Assembly: GCA_964592365.1 (NCBI GenBank)
Contig: CAZQDL010000001.1
Span: 79,541-143,540 of the forward strand
Length of the DNA: 64,000 nucleotides
Source: an uncultured Candidatus Saccharibacteria bacterium
GTDB lineage: Bacteria; Patescibacteriota; Minisyncoccia; Phycocordibacterales; UBA1006
Direction of reading: 5' to 3'
Part shown: positions 34,061 to 45,062 of the stretch, one piece after another
Position numbering within the stretch: the first letter of the stretch is position 1
Layout of the letters: each line of letters starts with the position of its first letter
The notes under the pieces: model-generated
What the model saw: only the letters and a program-made list of their open reading frames with translations
What the model was told of the DNA's origin: nothing
Databases searched by the model: none
Program-made: the position numbers and the translations under genes

Positions 34061-34498
34061 ATGACAGGAAAAATTCCGATTACCCAAAAAATTGAACTAA
34101 GATCTAGTACTGACCAATGGAAAATGGTTGAACACAAACTAATCAACGAACTATCATGTTCAGGTTTGATTGAGATTCACAAAAACACAAAAGTTAGAAT
34201 TAATATCGTTATTAACTCCGTTAGAAGCCCACATAGCCATCATTTTGAAAGTGTTACTGAGGTGACTGGAGATAGTAAGAATTCAATGATTAATAAAGGT
34301 CTTGAAAGAATAACTGATTATTTCCAAGATCTTTGTAATAAAAAGACTTGGATACTAATTGGGTATATTCGTGGAAGTAATCTAGTTCCGATAATGATAG
34401 TTTATTATGAGTCATTTGATATCTCAATATATACAATTAAATTCAAAAAAGAATCGTATCTTGATTTTCTGCCAGAGGGAGTTTCACCTTCAGAATAG
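34061..34498 (+). CDS. Hypothetical protein (145 aa)
   Basis: ORF only. Confidence 0.35.
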   Translation: MTGKIPITQKIELRSSTDQWKMVEHKLINELSCSGLIEIHKNTKVRINIVINSVRSPHSHHFESVTEVTGDSKNSMINKGLERITDYFQDLCNKKTWILIGYIRGSNLVPIMIVYYESFDISIYTIKFKKESYLDFLPEGVSPSE

Positions 34499-34512
34499 AA
34501 TGCTAATTTGAT

Positions 34513-34538
34513 AAAAACCTACTAATGTAGGTTTTTTT
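34513..34538. terminator. Bidirectional terminator (AAAAACCTAC-TAAT-GTAGGTTTTTTT)
   Basis: Read directly. Confidence 0.6.
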
Positions 34539-34705
34539 AATATGTCTCGCATTCTCTCCCTAAGTTGACTCAATCCTTTTTGTTTAGATAAAGGGTGTAT
34601 CCTTAAAATTTTCATGTTGGAAATTGAAATACTATAAATACCATGCCATTCTATTTAGTTTATAGTAAACATAAGTATATGAACTTGAGTTTACATACAT
34701 AAGTT

Positions 34706-34732
34706 AAAAGCACTACTTTAAGTAGTGCTTTT
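34706..34732 (-). terminator. Terminator of the DEAD-box helicase gene (AAAAGCACTAC-TTTA-AGTAGTGCTTTT)
   Basis: Perfect 11 bp stem. Confidence 0.6.
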
Positions 34733-34780
34733 AACATCAGAACAAATACAGACTAGATATTCAAAAATTCTTACCGTCTC

Positions 34781-36307
34781 TTATTTATTCTTTGAGATAT
34801 ATGCATTCTTACCCCTCTTTTTACTCTTAAGGTTCTTACTATTCCCACTTCCTTTTTTTGGTGTTCGCTCTTGTGATCCACGAGATTGAGTTTTAGGTTT
34901 TGAACTACGGTTACTACTATCTTTAGGTCTACGGCGGTGAGTTTCTTCTGTTGGTTCGTGACTAATGTTTTCTTTGATAAACGTAGGGTCAAATTGTCCG
35001 CGATATGCGTCTTTCAGGAGAGCTGCAACAACATTATGTGCTTCTCCTTCGTCCAATAACATCTTTGCAATATCTTGAACCTGACTAAGATCTTCATTAT
35101 CAATAATATGTTCAATACGTTCTATAATCGAAGTTTGTCTTCTTTGTAAAATATTTTGAGCATCAGGTAGTGTTCCTTGTTCCATGGTTACTCTGAGATT
35201 TTTTTCAAAAAAGCGTAATTTACCTATTTCATCACGTGATACAAAGGTAATAGCTGTACCTTTTTTTCCAGCTCGTCCTGTTCGGCCGATACGGTGTGTA
35301 TACGTTTCAAATGTTTCTGGGATGGTGAAATTCACAACAAAATTTAAATTAGATACATCAATTCCACGAGCTGCGACATCAGTTGCAACAAGGATTCTTA
35401 ATGAACCTTCTTTGAAACTTCCTAGAATTCGCTGTCGTTTTTTCTGATCAATGTCTCCGTGAATTGCACCAACTGAAAGACCCTTAAGTTCAAGTTCTTT
35501 GGCAACCTTTTTTGTTTCATGTCGAGTTCGACAGAATACGATTGCGTAAAAATCTTCTTCAACTGACATGATTCTCATAAGGGAATCAATACGCTGACTT
35601 TTTTCTACAGTGAAATATTTCTGTGTGATACTTTCATTAGTCATTTCATTTGAAGCAACCTTCACCACGTCATATTCTTTCATGTGCTTTTGTGCAATAT
35701 CAATAATACTTTTTGGCATCGTAGCAGAAAACAGTAAAATTCTTCTCTGTTTTGGTGTGAGTTCTAGGATACTTTCAATTTCTTTTCGGAAACCAAAATT
35801 CAACATCTCATCAGCTTCATCAAGGATAAAATATTTTACCGTTCCTAATTTCAGAACATTAGTTCGAATGTGGTGTTGGATACGTCCAGGTGTCCCAACG
35901 ATAATTGTTGGCCGTTCTTTGATTCCTTGAATTTCAGTTCGCATTGGATTTCCTCCGTAAATAACTTGTACGGTTGCAGGATGTTCAAGAGCAAAGGATT
36001 GAATTTCTTCAGCGACTTGGATCGCAAGTTCACGTGTAGGTGTCATGATGATGGCCTGAATTTCTTTTTGTTTTGGATTGATAAGGTCTAGCAGTGGAAG
36101 AGCAAAGGCTGCAGTTTTACCTGTTCCTGTTTGTGCTTGGCCTATAATATCCTTCTTTCCTTTTAAAAGAAGGGGAATAACCCCAACTTGAATTGGGCTT
36201 GGTGTTGTAAATCCTTTGTCTGTAACAGCTTTTAGTATTTCAGCTGAAAGCCCAAGATTATTAAATGTACCTGATGCTTCAGGATTTTCTTTTGTTTGTT
36301 GTTTCAT
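34781..36307 (-). CDS. DEAD-box ATP-dependent RNA helicase with a basic C-terminal tail
   Basis: Q motif region, motif I AQTGTGKTAAF, motif II DEADEM, motif III SAT and motif VI HRIGRTGRAG. The C-terminus is K/R/S-rich. Confidence 0.9.
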   Translation of the reverse strand: MKQQTKENPEASGTFNNLGLSAEILKAVTDKGFTTPSPIQVGVIPLLLKGKKDIIGQAQTGTGKTAAFALPLLDLINPKQKEIQAIIMTPTRELAIQVAEEIQSFALEHPATVQVIYGGNPMRTEIQGIKERPTIIVGTPGRIQHHIRTNVLKLGTVKYFILDEADEMLNFGFRKEIESILELTPKQRRILLFSATMPKSIIDIAQKHMKEYDVVKVASNEMTNESITQKYFTVEKSQRIDSLMRIMSVEEDFYAIVFCRTRHETKKVAKELELKGLSVGAIHGDIDQKKRQRILGSFKEGSLRILVATDVAARGIDVSNLNFVVNFTIPETFETYTHRIGRTGRAGKKGTAITFVSRDEIGKLRFFEKNLRVTMEQGTLPDAQNILQRRQTSIIERIEHIIDNEDLSQVQDIAKMLLDEGEAHNVVAALLKDAYRGQFDPTFIKENISHEPTEETHRRRPKDSSNRSSKPKTQSRGSQERTPKKGSGNSKNLKSKKRGKNAYISKNK

Positions 36308-36539
36308 AGTATTTGGAATACATATATAAAACTATCCGTTTGATGGATGTTTTGTTAAAGATGTATTGTGTTTAGATTGATCGTGATAACAATCATGATC
36401 GTAGTAATGTCGCAAAGCGACCATACCTACAAGGAGAGTACATGTAACTTCGTTGGGTGAACAATACCACGGAAGGGATACAATGTAAATGAATAATCTT
36501 TAAATTCCATGAACACTAACTCAATATAGATATGATAGT

Positions 36540-39500
36540 ATGTATAGTATGTTTAATATTAAAATATCAACTTTAGTTGTCCTTAGTATGTGTATACTAA
36601 CAGGTATATTTCTTTCTGCTTCAGTAGCAAAAGCAAATACATCTAAAACAATTTCAATAACCTTTGATATAAATCCAAGTAGCCTTTCTGTTAGTAAGGC
36701 CCCTTTAAAATATAATAAAGAATTTGCCTTCAGTATGAATGCTGATGATGGAGTTAAAGATTCATATACTATCTTCTACAAAGCACTTAATGGAGGTCGT
36801 ATTGCTGACAGTGATATTTTTTCGAAGGGTGCATATTTTACAGATGGAGCAGGAAATAAAATTCCTTTTCGTGGTGATTTTCAACTTTCTGAAATGAGTC
36901 CTAACATCACCGATACTTTTGTAAATATCAGAAACATTGGAAATACAGGTTACGTTGATTGGGCTGAGGCAACGGAAGTTTCTGAAAAAGGGTGGGGAAT
37001 AACAAACCATGGATGGTCACAAAATGGATTTCCTGATCCTATCGATAGAATTTTTCCATATCCAGCTCCTCATAATCCATCCACAATCGATTATGATTAT
37101 GAAATTTCACAAAACCAAGATGCTATTGAACTAAACGTGGGGGTAAGACCAATCATTTTTGGAGCACCTGATGCTGATCCGGGTTACGAACCTTTTATCT
37201 TTACCGATCATGGTCTTTTTGCACAGTTTAAGAGTTTTAATAATACGAGATATTCAAGTTTTGGTGTAGATATTAATCAAATACTTGATCTTAGTTCATA
37301 TACTATTTTGGGATATGTGTTTATTCCTTTTGAAGATACTGTGTCTGATTTAATTAATTATGTAGATGGTATCAGTGAAAGTAGTACTAATGGAGCTAAT
37401 CATTGGGGTCGCTTAACCATGCATAGATTTTATGAAACAGAAGGTCAGAATGGTTTGGGTTACCAATCACTCAAACAATTTATTGAGCATATTGAAAGTG
37501 AATATGGTCACACAGGAGCAGATAACGGATGGATTGCTTCATCACAAGAAGTTTATGAATATTTATATGCTGAAGAAAATCTCACAATTGGTGAAAGTAT
37601 AGTTGGGAACACACTTACTTTAGATTTAGATTTCGGGAACTATCCAGAGCAATTTAAATTCCAGTCAATTAGTTTGTTAATTGATTCTAACGCAGAAATT
37701 GTTAGCGTTACTTCATCTGATATTGGATCAAATATTAGTTTTAATCCTGAAACAGGACTTATCAATGCAGACTTCAGATTCTCTAACAATGATGCTTTTG
37801 TTGAAGATGCTATTGAGCTTGTTGAGCTGGTAGAAGAAACAAAAAATCAAAATGACTATAACGAGGCAGATGCATATGTTAGTGCAATGGATCCTGGTGA
37901 TGTAAAAACAAGCTTAAGGACAAGATTAGACAATGTCGAACTCTTTGCTCGTGAGTGGTATATAACTTTTGGAACGAGTACAACTCTTTCAAGAGGTGAT
38001 ATCTGGAACTCAGTGAATACCTCCGCTGTCGTTACTAACAAGACATTAAATGAAGCAAGTGGGGTTGCTAGTTCACTTTTGTACAATACAGTGAGTCCTT
38101 TTGCTGGAATAGCTTCAAACGGAAAAACTCCAGAACCATCAGGGTCTGGAATATATGATGACAATATTGTTAAGGCTGGAGGATTTACTTCAGCTAGTCA
38201 AGCAAGTTATAAAATAAGTAATTTAGAGGAAGGTAAGGTCTATGATATTGAATTATTTGCATCTAATAGTTTTCCTGGAACATCTAATTTTTCTGTAGTG
38301 GGTGATCAAGCGAGTGACATTCAATCACTAAATATATTTGGAAATACAAATAACACTGTTATTTTTTACAGAGTTAAACCTAGCGAAAGCAATGATATCC
38401 AAGTTAACATTGCTCCAAATGGTCGAATGGGGGTACTTCATCTAACGGAGCGACCTGAAGTTTCTACTCCTTTGGCATCATCACCTAGTGGAACATACAA
38501 TACAACCCAAAACATAAATCTAAGTTCTACATATAGTGATTATATTAAGTACTCTACATCATCATTACCTGATACATGTGATGATGGACTTTTGTATAAC
38601 GATGTAATTTCAATTTCAAGTTCTGAAACACTGTACGTAAGAGCATGTGATGATGAAGGTAATTCTGCCACAGCAACGTTCTCATATGTTATTGATAGTG
38701 TTCCCTCAAACGTAACTATTAATCAAAAATCAGGAACAAACGATCCTTCAAACGTAGACGCTGTATTTACCGTTGTTTTTGATAATGCTGTATTGGCAGG
38801 AACGTTTACTAAAACTGATATCAGCACAGTAGGGTCTACTGCTACAGGTATCGATATTTCTTCAATCACTGAGATTGAACCTAATGATGGCACAACCTTT
38901 GAAGTTGTAATTACTACAACAGGAGACGGAATTGTTGTTGCATCAGTTCTTCCAGATGGTATCGCTGATTCACTGGGTAACACAAACAATGCTTCAACAT
39001 CAGATGATAATAGTATTACCATTGATACATCATCGAATGATACTGACGGAGATGGTATCTTAGATTCTGCTGAAAATTCTGGATTTAATGGAGGTGATGG
39101 AAATGGAGACAATATTCTTGATTCAGCACAGCAAGAAGTTTCAACGACACTCAATTCTGTTACCGGAGATTATTCAACTCTAGAAGCAACTGGTGACTGT
39201 TCAATCATTACTGAAAATGAATTTATTGCAGAAGGGTCACTTATCGTGTCTGATTCTACTTCTGAATACCCACTAGGCCTTGTAGATTTTCAAGTTGAAT
39301 GTGGTGTACCAGGACAAAGTTCAGATATCGTTATCTATTACTCACAAGAGTATGATACGTCAGGTTGGTCATACAAAAAATTCAACAGCTCTGGTAATGC
39401 TTATTCAGATATTACTGATTTAGTTACTTTCGGAACTCATACCTACACTACAGGACCAGAAACAGGAAATACCGTTACCACAATATCATTTACGGTTACT

Positions 39501-39935
39501 GATGGAGACCCTAGAACAGATGAAGATGCTACAGCTGATGGAATTATTAATGATCCATCAGGACCAGCAACATCAACTCCCCTTGTTGTAAAAACAAATA
39601 CAAGAAGAAGTTCAAAAAAACTTTCTTTTGATGAAATACTAAAAATATTTGGACCAAAAGATTCTGCTACTGACGACACAATTCAAGACGAAAAGAAACC
39701 TAATTGTTCTATTAGTTATAGTCGGTTGATTAGAAAAGGAATATCTGGAGCAGATGTAAAACAAGTACAAACATGTCTTAATTCAATAGGTTATGCATCA
39801 GGTCCTGAAGATGGAATATATGGTCCTTTAACTTTTATTGGAGTTACCTTATATCAAACTTATATGAAACTGAAATATATTGATGGTATCGTTGGTCCGG
39901 AAACATCTGCCTCATTAAATTTACTTTCAAGATAA
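36540..39935 (+). CDS. Very large secreted or surface protein (1131 aa) with a C-terminal peptidoglycan-binding (PG_binding_1-like) domain
   Basis: N-terminal signal or TM helix (LVVLSMCILTGIFLSASVAKA). Ser/Thr-rich repeats and a DTDGDGILDS calcium-binding-like motif. C-terminus GISGADVKQVQTCLNSIGYASGPEDGIYGPLTFIGVTLYQ. Confidence 0.55.
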   Translation: MYSMFNIKISTLVVLSMCILTGIFLSASVAKANTSKTISITFDINPSSLSVSKAPLKYNKEFAFSMNADDGVKDSYTIFYKALNGGRIADSDIFSKGAYFTDGAGNKIPFRGDFQLSEMSPNITDTFVNIRNIGNTGYVDWAEATEVSEKGWGITNHGWSQNGFPDPIDRIFPYPAPHNPSTIDYDYEISQNQDAIELNVGVRPIIFGAPDADPGYEPFIFTDHGLFAQFKSFNNTRYSSFGVDINQILDLSSYTILGYVFIPFEDTVSDLINYVDGISESSTNGANHWGRLTMHRFYETEGQNGLGYQSLKQFIEHIESEYGHTGADNGWIASSQEVYEYLYAEENLTIGESIVGNTLTLDLDFGNYPEQFKFQSISLLIDSNAEIVSVTSSDIGSNISFNPETGLINADFRFSNNDAFVEDAIELVELVEETKNQNDYNEADAYVSAMDPGDVKTSLRTRLDNVELFAREWYITFGTSTTLSRGDIWNSVNTSAVVTNKTLNEASGVASSLLYNTVSPFAGIASNGKTPEPSGSGIYDDNIVKAGGFTSASQASYKISNLEEGKVYDIELFASNSFPGTSNFSVVGDQASDIQSLNIFGNTNNTVIFYRVKPSESNDIQVNIAPNGRMGVLHLTERPEVSTPLASSPSGTYNTTQNINLSSTYSDYIKYSTSSLPDTCDDGLLYNDVISISSSETLYVRACDDEGNSATATFSYVIDSVPSNVTINQKSGTNDPSNVDAVFTVVFDNAVLAGTFTKTDISTVGSTATGIDISSITEIEPNDGTTFEVVITTTGDGIVVASVLPDGIADSLGNTNNASTSDDNSITIDTSSNDTDGDGILDSAENSGFNGGDGNGDNILDSAQQEVSTTLNSVTGDYSTLEATGDCSIITENEFIAEGSLIVSDSTSEYPLGLVDFQVECGVPGQSSDIVIYYSQEYDTSGWSYKKFNSSGNAYSDITDLVTFGTHTYTTGPETGNTVTTISFTVTDGDPRTDEDATADGIINDPSGPATSTPLVVKTNTRRSSKKLSFDEILKIFGPKDSATDDTIQDEKKPNCSISYSRLIRKGISGADVKQVQTCLNSIGYASGPEDGIYGPLTFIGVTLYQTYMKLKYIDGIVGPETSASLNLLSR

Positions 39936-40211
39936 TGCCTGAATCTTTCGTCTAATATAAAACTTTTCCTTATAAGTATTATTAATACACAATTAATTTC
40001 TTTTGGGGTAAGAACAAAGTATGGATATACGTTGAAGCAATGGCAGGTTATCACTAATACTTAAGCTAAAGCAGTGATAATGGATTCAGAAGGGAATTAT
40101 TTAAGTAAATTAAAATCTGAAAATCAGGTTTTTATTTTTTCCTCCTTATCTATTTTTTGCTATTTTAATTTTACATAGTATAAATGTAAAAAATAACTAA
40201 ATATATAAAAA

Positions 40212-40817
40212 ATGAGCGACAAAAAAGTTTTTATTCTCGACAGAAATGTCATCACGAATGATGCACATGTAATTTTTAATTTTGGAAACAATAATGATAT
40301 TGTTATTCCACTTCCAGTACTTAAAGAACTTGATAATCATAAGTCTGGAAGCAGACCTATAAATTACCAAGTAAGACAATTCCATACCCTCTTAGATAAG
40401 TTAAGCAGTAACAAAGATGACTCCCAAAGATTGTTTAATGGAGGTGTCGATTTAATTTATGAAGGTAAAAAAACAGGTGGAAAAATTTCGGTTAAATTCT
40501 TTGATCTCCATCCAGACTTAAAAGATAAGCTATCTGAAAAAAATGATTATCAAATTATTAATATTGCATATTGCCTTCAAAAAGAAGGCAGAAATGTTGA
40601 ATTGATATCAGAAGATCTTAATGTTCGGCTAATTGCCCGCACCTTAGATATTATTGCTAGTGGATCAAGATTTAATAGCACCTCAGAAGAAAATTTGAAT
40701 TATACAGGGGTCAAAGAAATAACTGATAATGAAGTTTTGGATAAACTTTTTGGTTCAGATTCAAAAACAATTATTTCTGAAAATCTAGTTGAAAAATCTT
40801 TCTCCTTCTCAAAATGA
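40212..40817 (+). pseudogene. PIN domain, N-terminal part of a YlaK-type PIN-PhoH protein, separated from the PhoH part by a frameshift
   Basis: PIN-like N-terminus (KVFILDRNVI…IPLPVLKELD). The ORF ends at 40817 inside the overlap with the next frame. Confidence 0.5.
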
Positions 40818-41544
40818 ATATTTTTATTCAGGAAATGAATTATTCTCATATAAAGGAAATAACAAATTCCAGAGAAAAGAATTTCAAAAAAGTGTCTATG
40901 GTATTTCTTCAAGAAATATTGAGCAAAGAGTTTTACTTGATTTACTTCTTGATGACAGCATTTCTGTAATAACAGCTTCAGGCCCAGCGGGAACAGGTAA
41001 AACACTTCTTGGATTAGCGGCAGGTTTTGAGAAACTTAGTAAAAAAGTATTTGAAAATATATTAGTTTCTAGACGTGAAATTGGAGCTGATCAAGAAGAG
41101 CAAGGTTTTCTTCCTGGTGATTCCAATGCAAAATCAGCCCCTTATATGGCACCATTCATTGATAACTTAAAGGTTATTAAAAATGCAAAAGCATCTAATG
41201 TTAACAACCTTAAGAAAATGAGTGGAGAGAATACATACCCGTTTGAGATACTATCCATGATGTATTTACGAGGAAGAACATTATCAAATTCTTTCATCAT
41301 CATAGATGAAGCTCAAAATCTTACCCCTAGTCTTGTAAAGACTATTATCACAAGAGCAGGTGAGGGAACTAAGATACTTTTTTGCGGAGATTTAGATCAG
41401 GTAGATGATAAGTATTTACGTAAAAACTTAAATGGCTTGTCCTATTTAATGGAAAATTTAAAAAATCATTCAATATATGGGCATATTGCATTACGAGAAA
41501 TTGAACGTTCTCCGTTAGCAAAATTAGGAACACTGCTTCCATAA
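40789..41544 (+). pseudogene. PhoH-family ATPase domain (second half of the split PIN-PhoH gene). The frame begins at a TTG, with no ATG.
   Basis: Walker A SGPAGTGKTLLGLAAG, Walker B IIIDEAQNL, and the motif GDLDQVD. Adjacent to and co-oriented with the PIN ORF. Confidence 0.6.
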
Positions 41545-41546
41545 GA

Positions 41547-41574
41547 TAAAAACCAGTAGAGATACTGGTTTTTT
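41547..41574. terminator. Bidirectional terminator (AAAACCAGTA-GAGA-TACTGGTTTT)
   Basis: Lies between convergent genes. Confidence 0.6.
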
Positions 41575-41578
41575 ATAG

Positions 41579-43183
41579 TTACCACGATCCACCTCCTCCT
41601 CCACCTGAACCACCACCTGATGAACCTCCACCACCAGAACCAGAGCTTTGAGTACTAGTATTTGACATAACCGTATGTGTTATATTTCTCAAAGAATTAG
41701 CAAGTAACAGACTTTCGTGTGACGAACCTCTGTACCAACTAGTGTCATCAATGGTGATATGTTTAAACTGAAGTGCCCATTTTTTTTCTACCCCGAAGGC
41801 AATAGCATATGGAAGATATTCCATAAATTCTTCGCCCTTCATCTCCGTTGGGTTGTTGAAGAATGCATAACGTTCTTTTTCAGTCATAGAAAGAAATCTT
41901 CTGAATCCTTTTAGGTAGTAGTGAATATTCCAACCTTCTTTTGTTAACCGATGCGTACTGAATCCTAGGAAACTTATTTTCTCAAGAAAATTCTTTTCCA
42001 TTAATTCATTTACTATATATTTCTTCGCTTCTTCTTTTTCATAGATTTTATTCCCACGCTTTTTTCTAATGTCACTGAGCTTTCTGTGTGGAATTACAGC
42101 AGAAGAAGTATCTTCTTGAAAAAGGATTGAAATGATAAACTCCATATCTTTAGGAAGAGGTTCATTTTGTTCATATACATCAGTATTCAAATCAAAAAGA
42201 AAATCTTCAGCTGAAAACATATTCTCTTTGGGTATATGAGTGATTGTTAAATATCCTTGCTGTGCCATATAGATGATACCAGCTGAAATATCACGGGGAT
42301 CAAAAGAGGTATCCATCAAATAACCGGTAAAAATCGGATTTAGATTTTTTAAAGGTTCAAATTCTGTAACTACTGGTTGATTATAGAAATGTTTTCTTTT
42401 TTTAATTTCAATTCCTATTTTCAATAGAAATGCAAATATAAAAGGAAAAATAAAGATAAACATCATAGACTGATTACCACCTCTATTTTGAACAATTGGC
42501 ACCAAACCCTTATCAAAACTTGATGCTACCGTGAGCCCTTCTCCTATAGATAAATTATTCTCAGAAAATATAATTTCAGTATCACCTTGTTTTATACGCT
42601 CACAGGTATTTACCGAACCAAATTCTCCTGCATAGCATGCACTGTTCTTGAATTGTATGGTTGACGTGGAAATTGATGCAGAAGCTTTATTGATAGGAAC
42701 TTCCCATTCGTTTCCAGTAACATTCCAATATAGTTCATCGTAATCATCAAAATATCTGAGCGCACCAGTTACCATGTAGGTAATTTCGTAGGTATGTAAA
42801 TCAGAAATAAATATATTTTCATTTCCAATTCTTACTGAAAAATACCCAGGCTTATTTTCTAATTGATAATTTTCTTCTAAGCCGTTTCTAGTAACAGAAA
42901 TAAGTTCAATATCCATCTGATAGACAGCATCTTTGTTATTCATATCAATTACATTGAAGGTATAGGGAATGTTTCTAAAGATTCCTCTTTTTTGATTATC
43001 TTCAAAATTATATTCAATCGTTTCTGTTACGATAATTGAAGCATCTGAGTTAATAACTAGATCACTATGAAAGGTATTAATTTCTTCTGCATGAATTAGT
43101 TGAGCTGAAAGAAATAGGATTGATGTGATAAGTATTTTAAGGAAGGTTTTAATCATGGTGGAGAAGAATGAAATCTTATACAA
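41579..43183 (-). CDS. DUF2207-family membrane protein with a poly-Gly/Ser C-terminal tail ending in W
   Basis: Signal peptide, a large extracytoplasmic domain and central TM helices. C-terminus [21 protein letters not shown]. Confidence 0.55.
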   Translation of the reverse strand: MYKISFFSTMIKTFLKILITSILFLSAQLIHAEEINTFHSDLVINSDASIIVTETIEYNFEDNQKRGIFRNIPYTFNVIDMNNKDAVYQMDIELISVTRNGLEENYQLENKPGYFSVRIGNENIFISDLHTYEITYMVTGALRYFDDYDELYWNVTGNEWEVPINKASASISTSTIQFKNSACYAGEFGSVNTCERIKQGDTEIIFSENNLSIGEGLTVASSFDKGLVPIVQNRGGNQSMMFIFIFPFIFAFLLKIGIEIKKRKHFYNQPVVTEFEPLKNLNPIFTGYLMDTSFDPRDISAGIIYMAQQGYLTITHIPKENMFSAEDFLFDLNTDVYEQNEPLPKDMEFIISILFQEDTSSAVIPHRKLSDIRKKRGNKIYEKEEAKKYIVNELMEKNFLEKISFLGFSTHRLTKEGWNIHYYLKGFRRFLSMTEKERYAFFNNPTEMKGEEFMEYLPYAIAFGVEKKWALQFKHITIDDTSWYRGSSHESLLLANSLRNITHTVMSNTSTQSSGSGGGGSSGGGSGGGGGGSW

Positions 43184-43252
43184 TTAGATTGTATAATGTA
43201 ATTTCAATTATCTCTAATTGAAAAAGAGCTTGTATATTGTTACAATGCATTT

Positions 43253-43762
43253 ATGAATATATCCAAATCAAAAGGATTCACCTTAATTGAACTATTGGTG
43301 GTAGTTGCCATCATTGGAATATTAGCAACTGTGGTGTTAGCGTCATTAGGTAGTGCTCGTGATAGGGCAAGATATACGAAGGTGCTTGCTTCATTGAAAC
43401 AATTGGAAACTGAATTACATATTCAAAATCCAGGATCATGGTGGCCAGAAACTTCTGGTGGAGGAATTCCTACAAGTAGCAATATTAGCTTATCTAAATA
43501 TAATTTTGGTTGGACCATTCATTATGATAATGATGGGGATGTTCTTCCTATCGTAGGAGATTGTGTCTTTACAGAAGGTGTTAGAGGCTACGGAGTTAAC
43601 ATATTCCTCGTATCATTATCTGCAGCAGATTTTGATACCCTCAATGATTATATCGATCCAGAAGAAAAAGGTGATACTGATACTAATAAACAATCTTGTG
43701 GAAAATTTAGATATGCTGGTACTACAGGAATATATAGCATAGCCAAAGATGCGAATAGTTAA
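43253..43762 (+). CDS. Type IV pilin-like protein, paralogue 3
   Basis: MNISKSKGFTLIELLVVVAIIGILATVVLASLGSARDRARY. The C-terminus has CGKFRY, as in paralogue 1. Confidence 0.8.
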   Translation: MNISKSKGFTLIELLVVVAIIGILATVVLASLGSARDRARYTKVLASLKQLETELHIQNPGSWWPETSGGGIPTSSNISLSKYNFGWTIHYDNDGDVLPIVGDCVFTEGVRGYGVNIFLVSLSAADFDTLNDYIDPEEKGDTDTNKQSCGKFRYAGTTGIYSIAKDANS

Positions 43763-43801
43763 AGTAATCAAAATACCTAGAATTCTTTTTTAGGTATTTT
43801 T

Positions 43802-43810
43802 TGATATACT
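43802..43810 (+). promoter_or_regulatory. Extended -10 box TGATATACT, 8 nt upstream of the ATG at 43819
   Basis: See the leaderless-promoter finding. The TTG at 43801 in the ORF track lies inside this box. Confidence 0.5.
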
Positions 43811-43818
43811 ACTACCTG

Positions 43819-45030
43819 ATGAAAAAAATAATTATTGCCTTATTCGCACTTCTTTCTCCTGTATTGTCATATGCACAAGAAATACCAAATCAAGAAATTC
43901 CCGATGCTCATGCTTACATCTTTGTAAGAGATGATTGTTCTCATTGTATAGACCTAAAAGAATTTATAGAGAAACATGATATTGAAACTGAAGATTTCGC
44001 TATTCACTATATTGATATTCAAACTCCAAATGGAGAAATACTCTTCAATGATGCAACAACAAAGCTTAGTACCGGAAAGGTTACTCCAATTACCTTAGTG
44101 AACAAAGAGGTGTTTGTTGGTTTTTCTGAAAAGGTATTAGGTAAGGTTCTTCTTGATGGTTCACAAAACGGTAGTGTAGAAAAAACTCCATACTATGAAT
44201 ACATGAACCTCGATACCTATCATCCTGGAGTAGGATGTACTGAAGAATCTGAAGTTTGTGAGGAAGATCTAAAAAGTACAGAAATGGTACTTCCTGTTGT
44301 TGGAACTATTAACCCACAAAATGTATCACTTTCTTTCCTAGCAATTGCTTTAGGTTTTGTTGACGGATTTAATCCGTGTGCCATGTGGGTACTTCTAACC
44401 TTCCTCGTTATTTTGTCTCAAATAGGTGACAGAAAAAAGATGATACAGGTAGCTGGATTATTCATGCTTGCTGAAGCGGTAATGTATTATCTAATTCTCA
44501 ATGTTTGGTATCAAACATGGGATTTTATCGCATTAGATAGGGTAGTAACACCAGCTGTAGGTGCTTTGGCATTAGGGTCAGGAATTTTCTTTCTGTATAA
44601 ATATATTAAGAGTAGAAATGAAGCATTAACTTGTGATGTAACGAGTTTGGAACATCAAGAAAAAACACAAAGTAAGATAAAAAATCTTATTTCAAGACCT
44701 ATGAGTTTTGTTGTAGCTGCTGGTATTATTGGGCTTGCTCTTTCTGTTAATGTTATTGAATTTGCTTGTTCTGTAGGTATTCCTCAAGCCTTTACCAAGG
44801 TACTTGAATTGAATAATTTATCTTTCCTACAATATCAAGCATATACCTTACTTTATACTGTATTTTATATGGTAGATGATCTTATCGTTTTTGGTTTGGC
44901 TATCTGGGGTTACAAAAAATTCTATGCAGTTGGTCAAAAGTATTCAAAAATATCAACAGGTATTGCTGGTATCCTTATGCTTATTTTAGGTGCAATACTA
45001 ATCTTTAATCCAAACATTCTTTCTTTCTAA
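43819..45030 (+). CDS. Thioredoxin/glutaredoxin-like CxxC domain fused to a CcdA/DsbD-like membrane thiol-disulfide transporter
   Basis: Signal peptide. Periplasmic domain DCSHC (CxxC). TM domain with a Cys in TM1 (GFNPCAMW) and in a later TM helix (EFACSVG). Confidence 0.5.
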   Translation: MKKIIIALFALLSPVLSYAQEIPNQEIPDAHAYIFVRDDCSHCIDLKEFIEKHDIETEDFAIHYIDIQTPNGEILFNDATTKLSTGKVTPITLVNKEVFVGFSEKVLGKVLLDGSQNGSVEKTPYYEYMNLDTYHPGVGCTEESEVCEEDLKSTEMVLPVVGTINPQNVSLSFLAIALGFVDGFNPCAMWVLLTFLVILSQIGDRKKMIQVAGLFMLAEAVMYYLILNVWYQTWDFIALDRVVTPAVGALALGSGIFFLYKYIKSRNEALTCDVTSLEHQEKTQSKIKNLISRPMSFVVAAGIIGLALSVNVIEFACSVGIPQAFTKVLELNNLSFLQYQAYTLLYTVFYMVDDLIVFGLAIWGYKKFYAVGQKYSKISTGIAGILMLILGAILIFNPNILSF

Positions 45031-45062
45031 TTTTTGTAGAGAAAGTCTGAACATAGTAGAAT

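Noticed and set aside
34771-34992. 73 aa minus-strand ORF overlapping the DEAD-box helicase 3' end
   Set aside because: It is an alternative frame inside the helicase's basic C-terminal tail region. The helicase frame is supported by motifs along its whole length.
14032-36300. att direct repeat of the tRNA-His 3' end delimiting the island
   Set aside because: Visual scanning found no ≥12 bp match to GGTTCGATTCCCTGTAGTCACCCCA downstream. This needs a computational search, so the island boundary is reported as inference only.
36308-36539. Possible riboswitch or sRNA in the 232 bp region upstream of the DEAD-box helicase and the giant surface protein gene
   Set aside because: Only a short GTCGCAAAGCGAC hairpin is present. 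There is no recognisable riboswitch consensus (no T-box, TPP, SAM or cobalamin features), so it is most likely a divergent promoter region.
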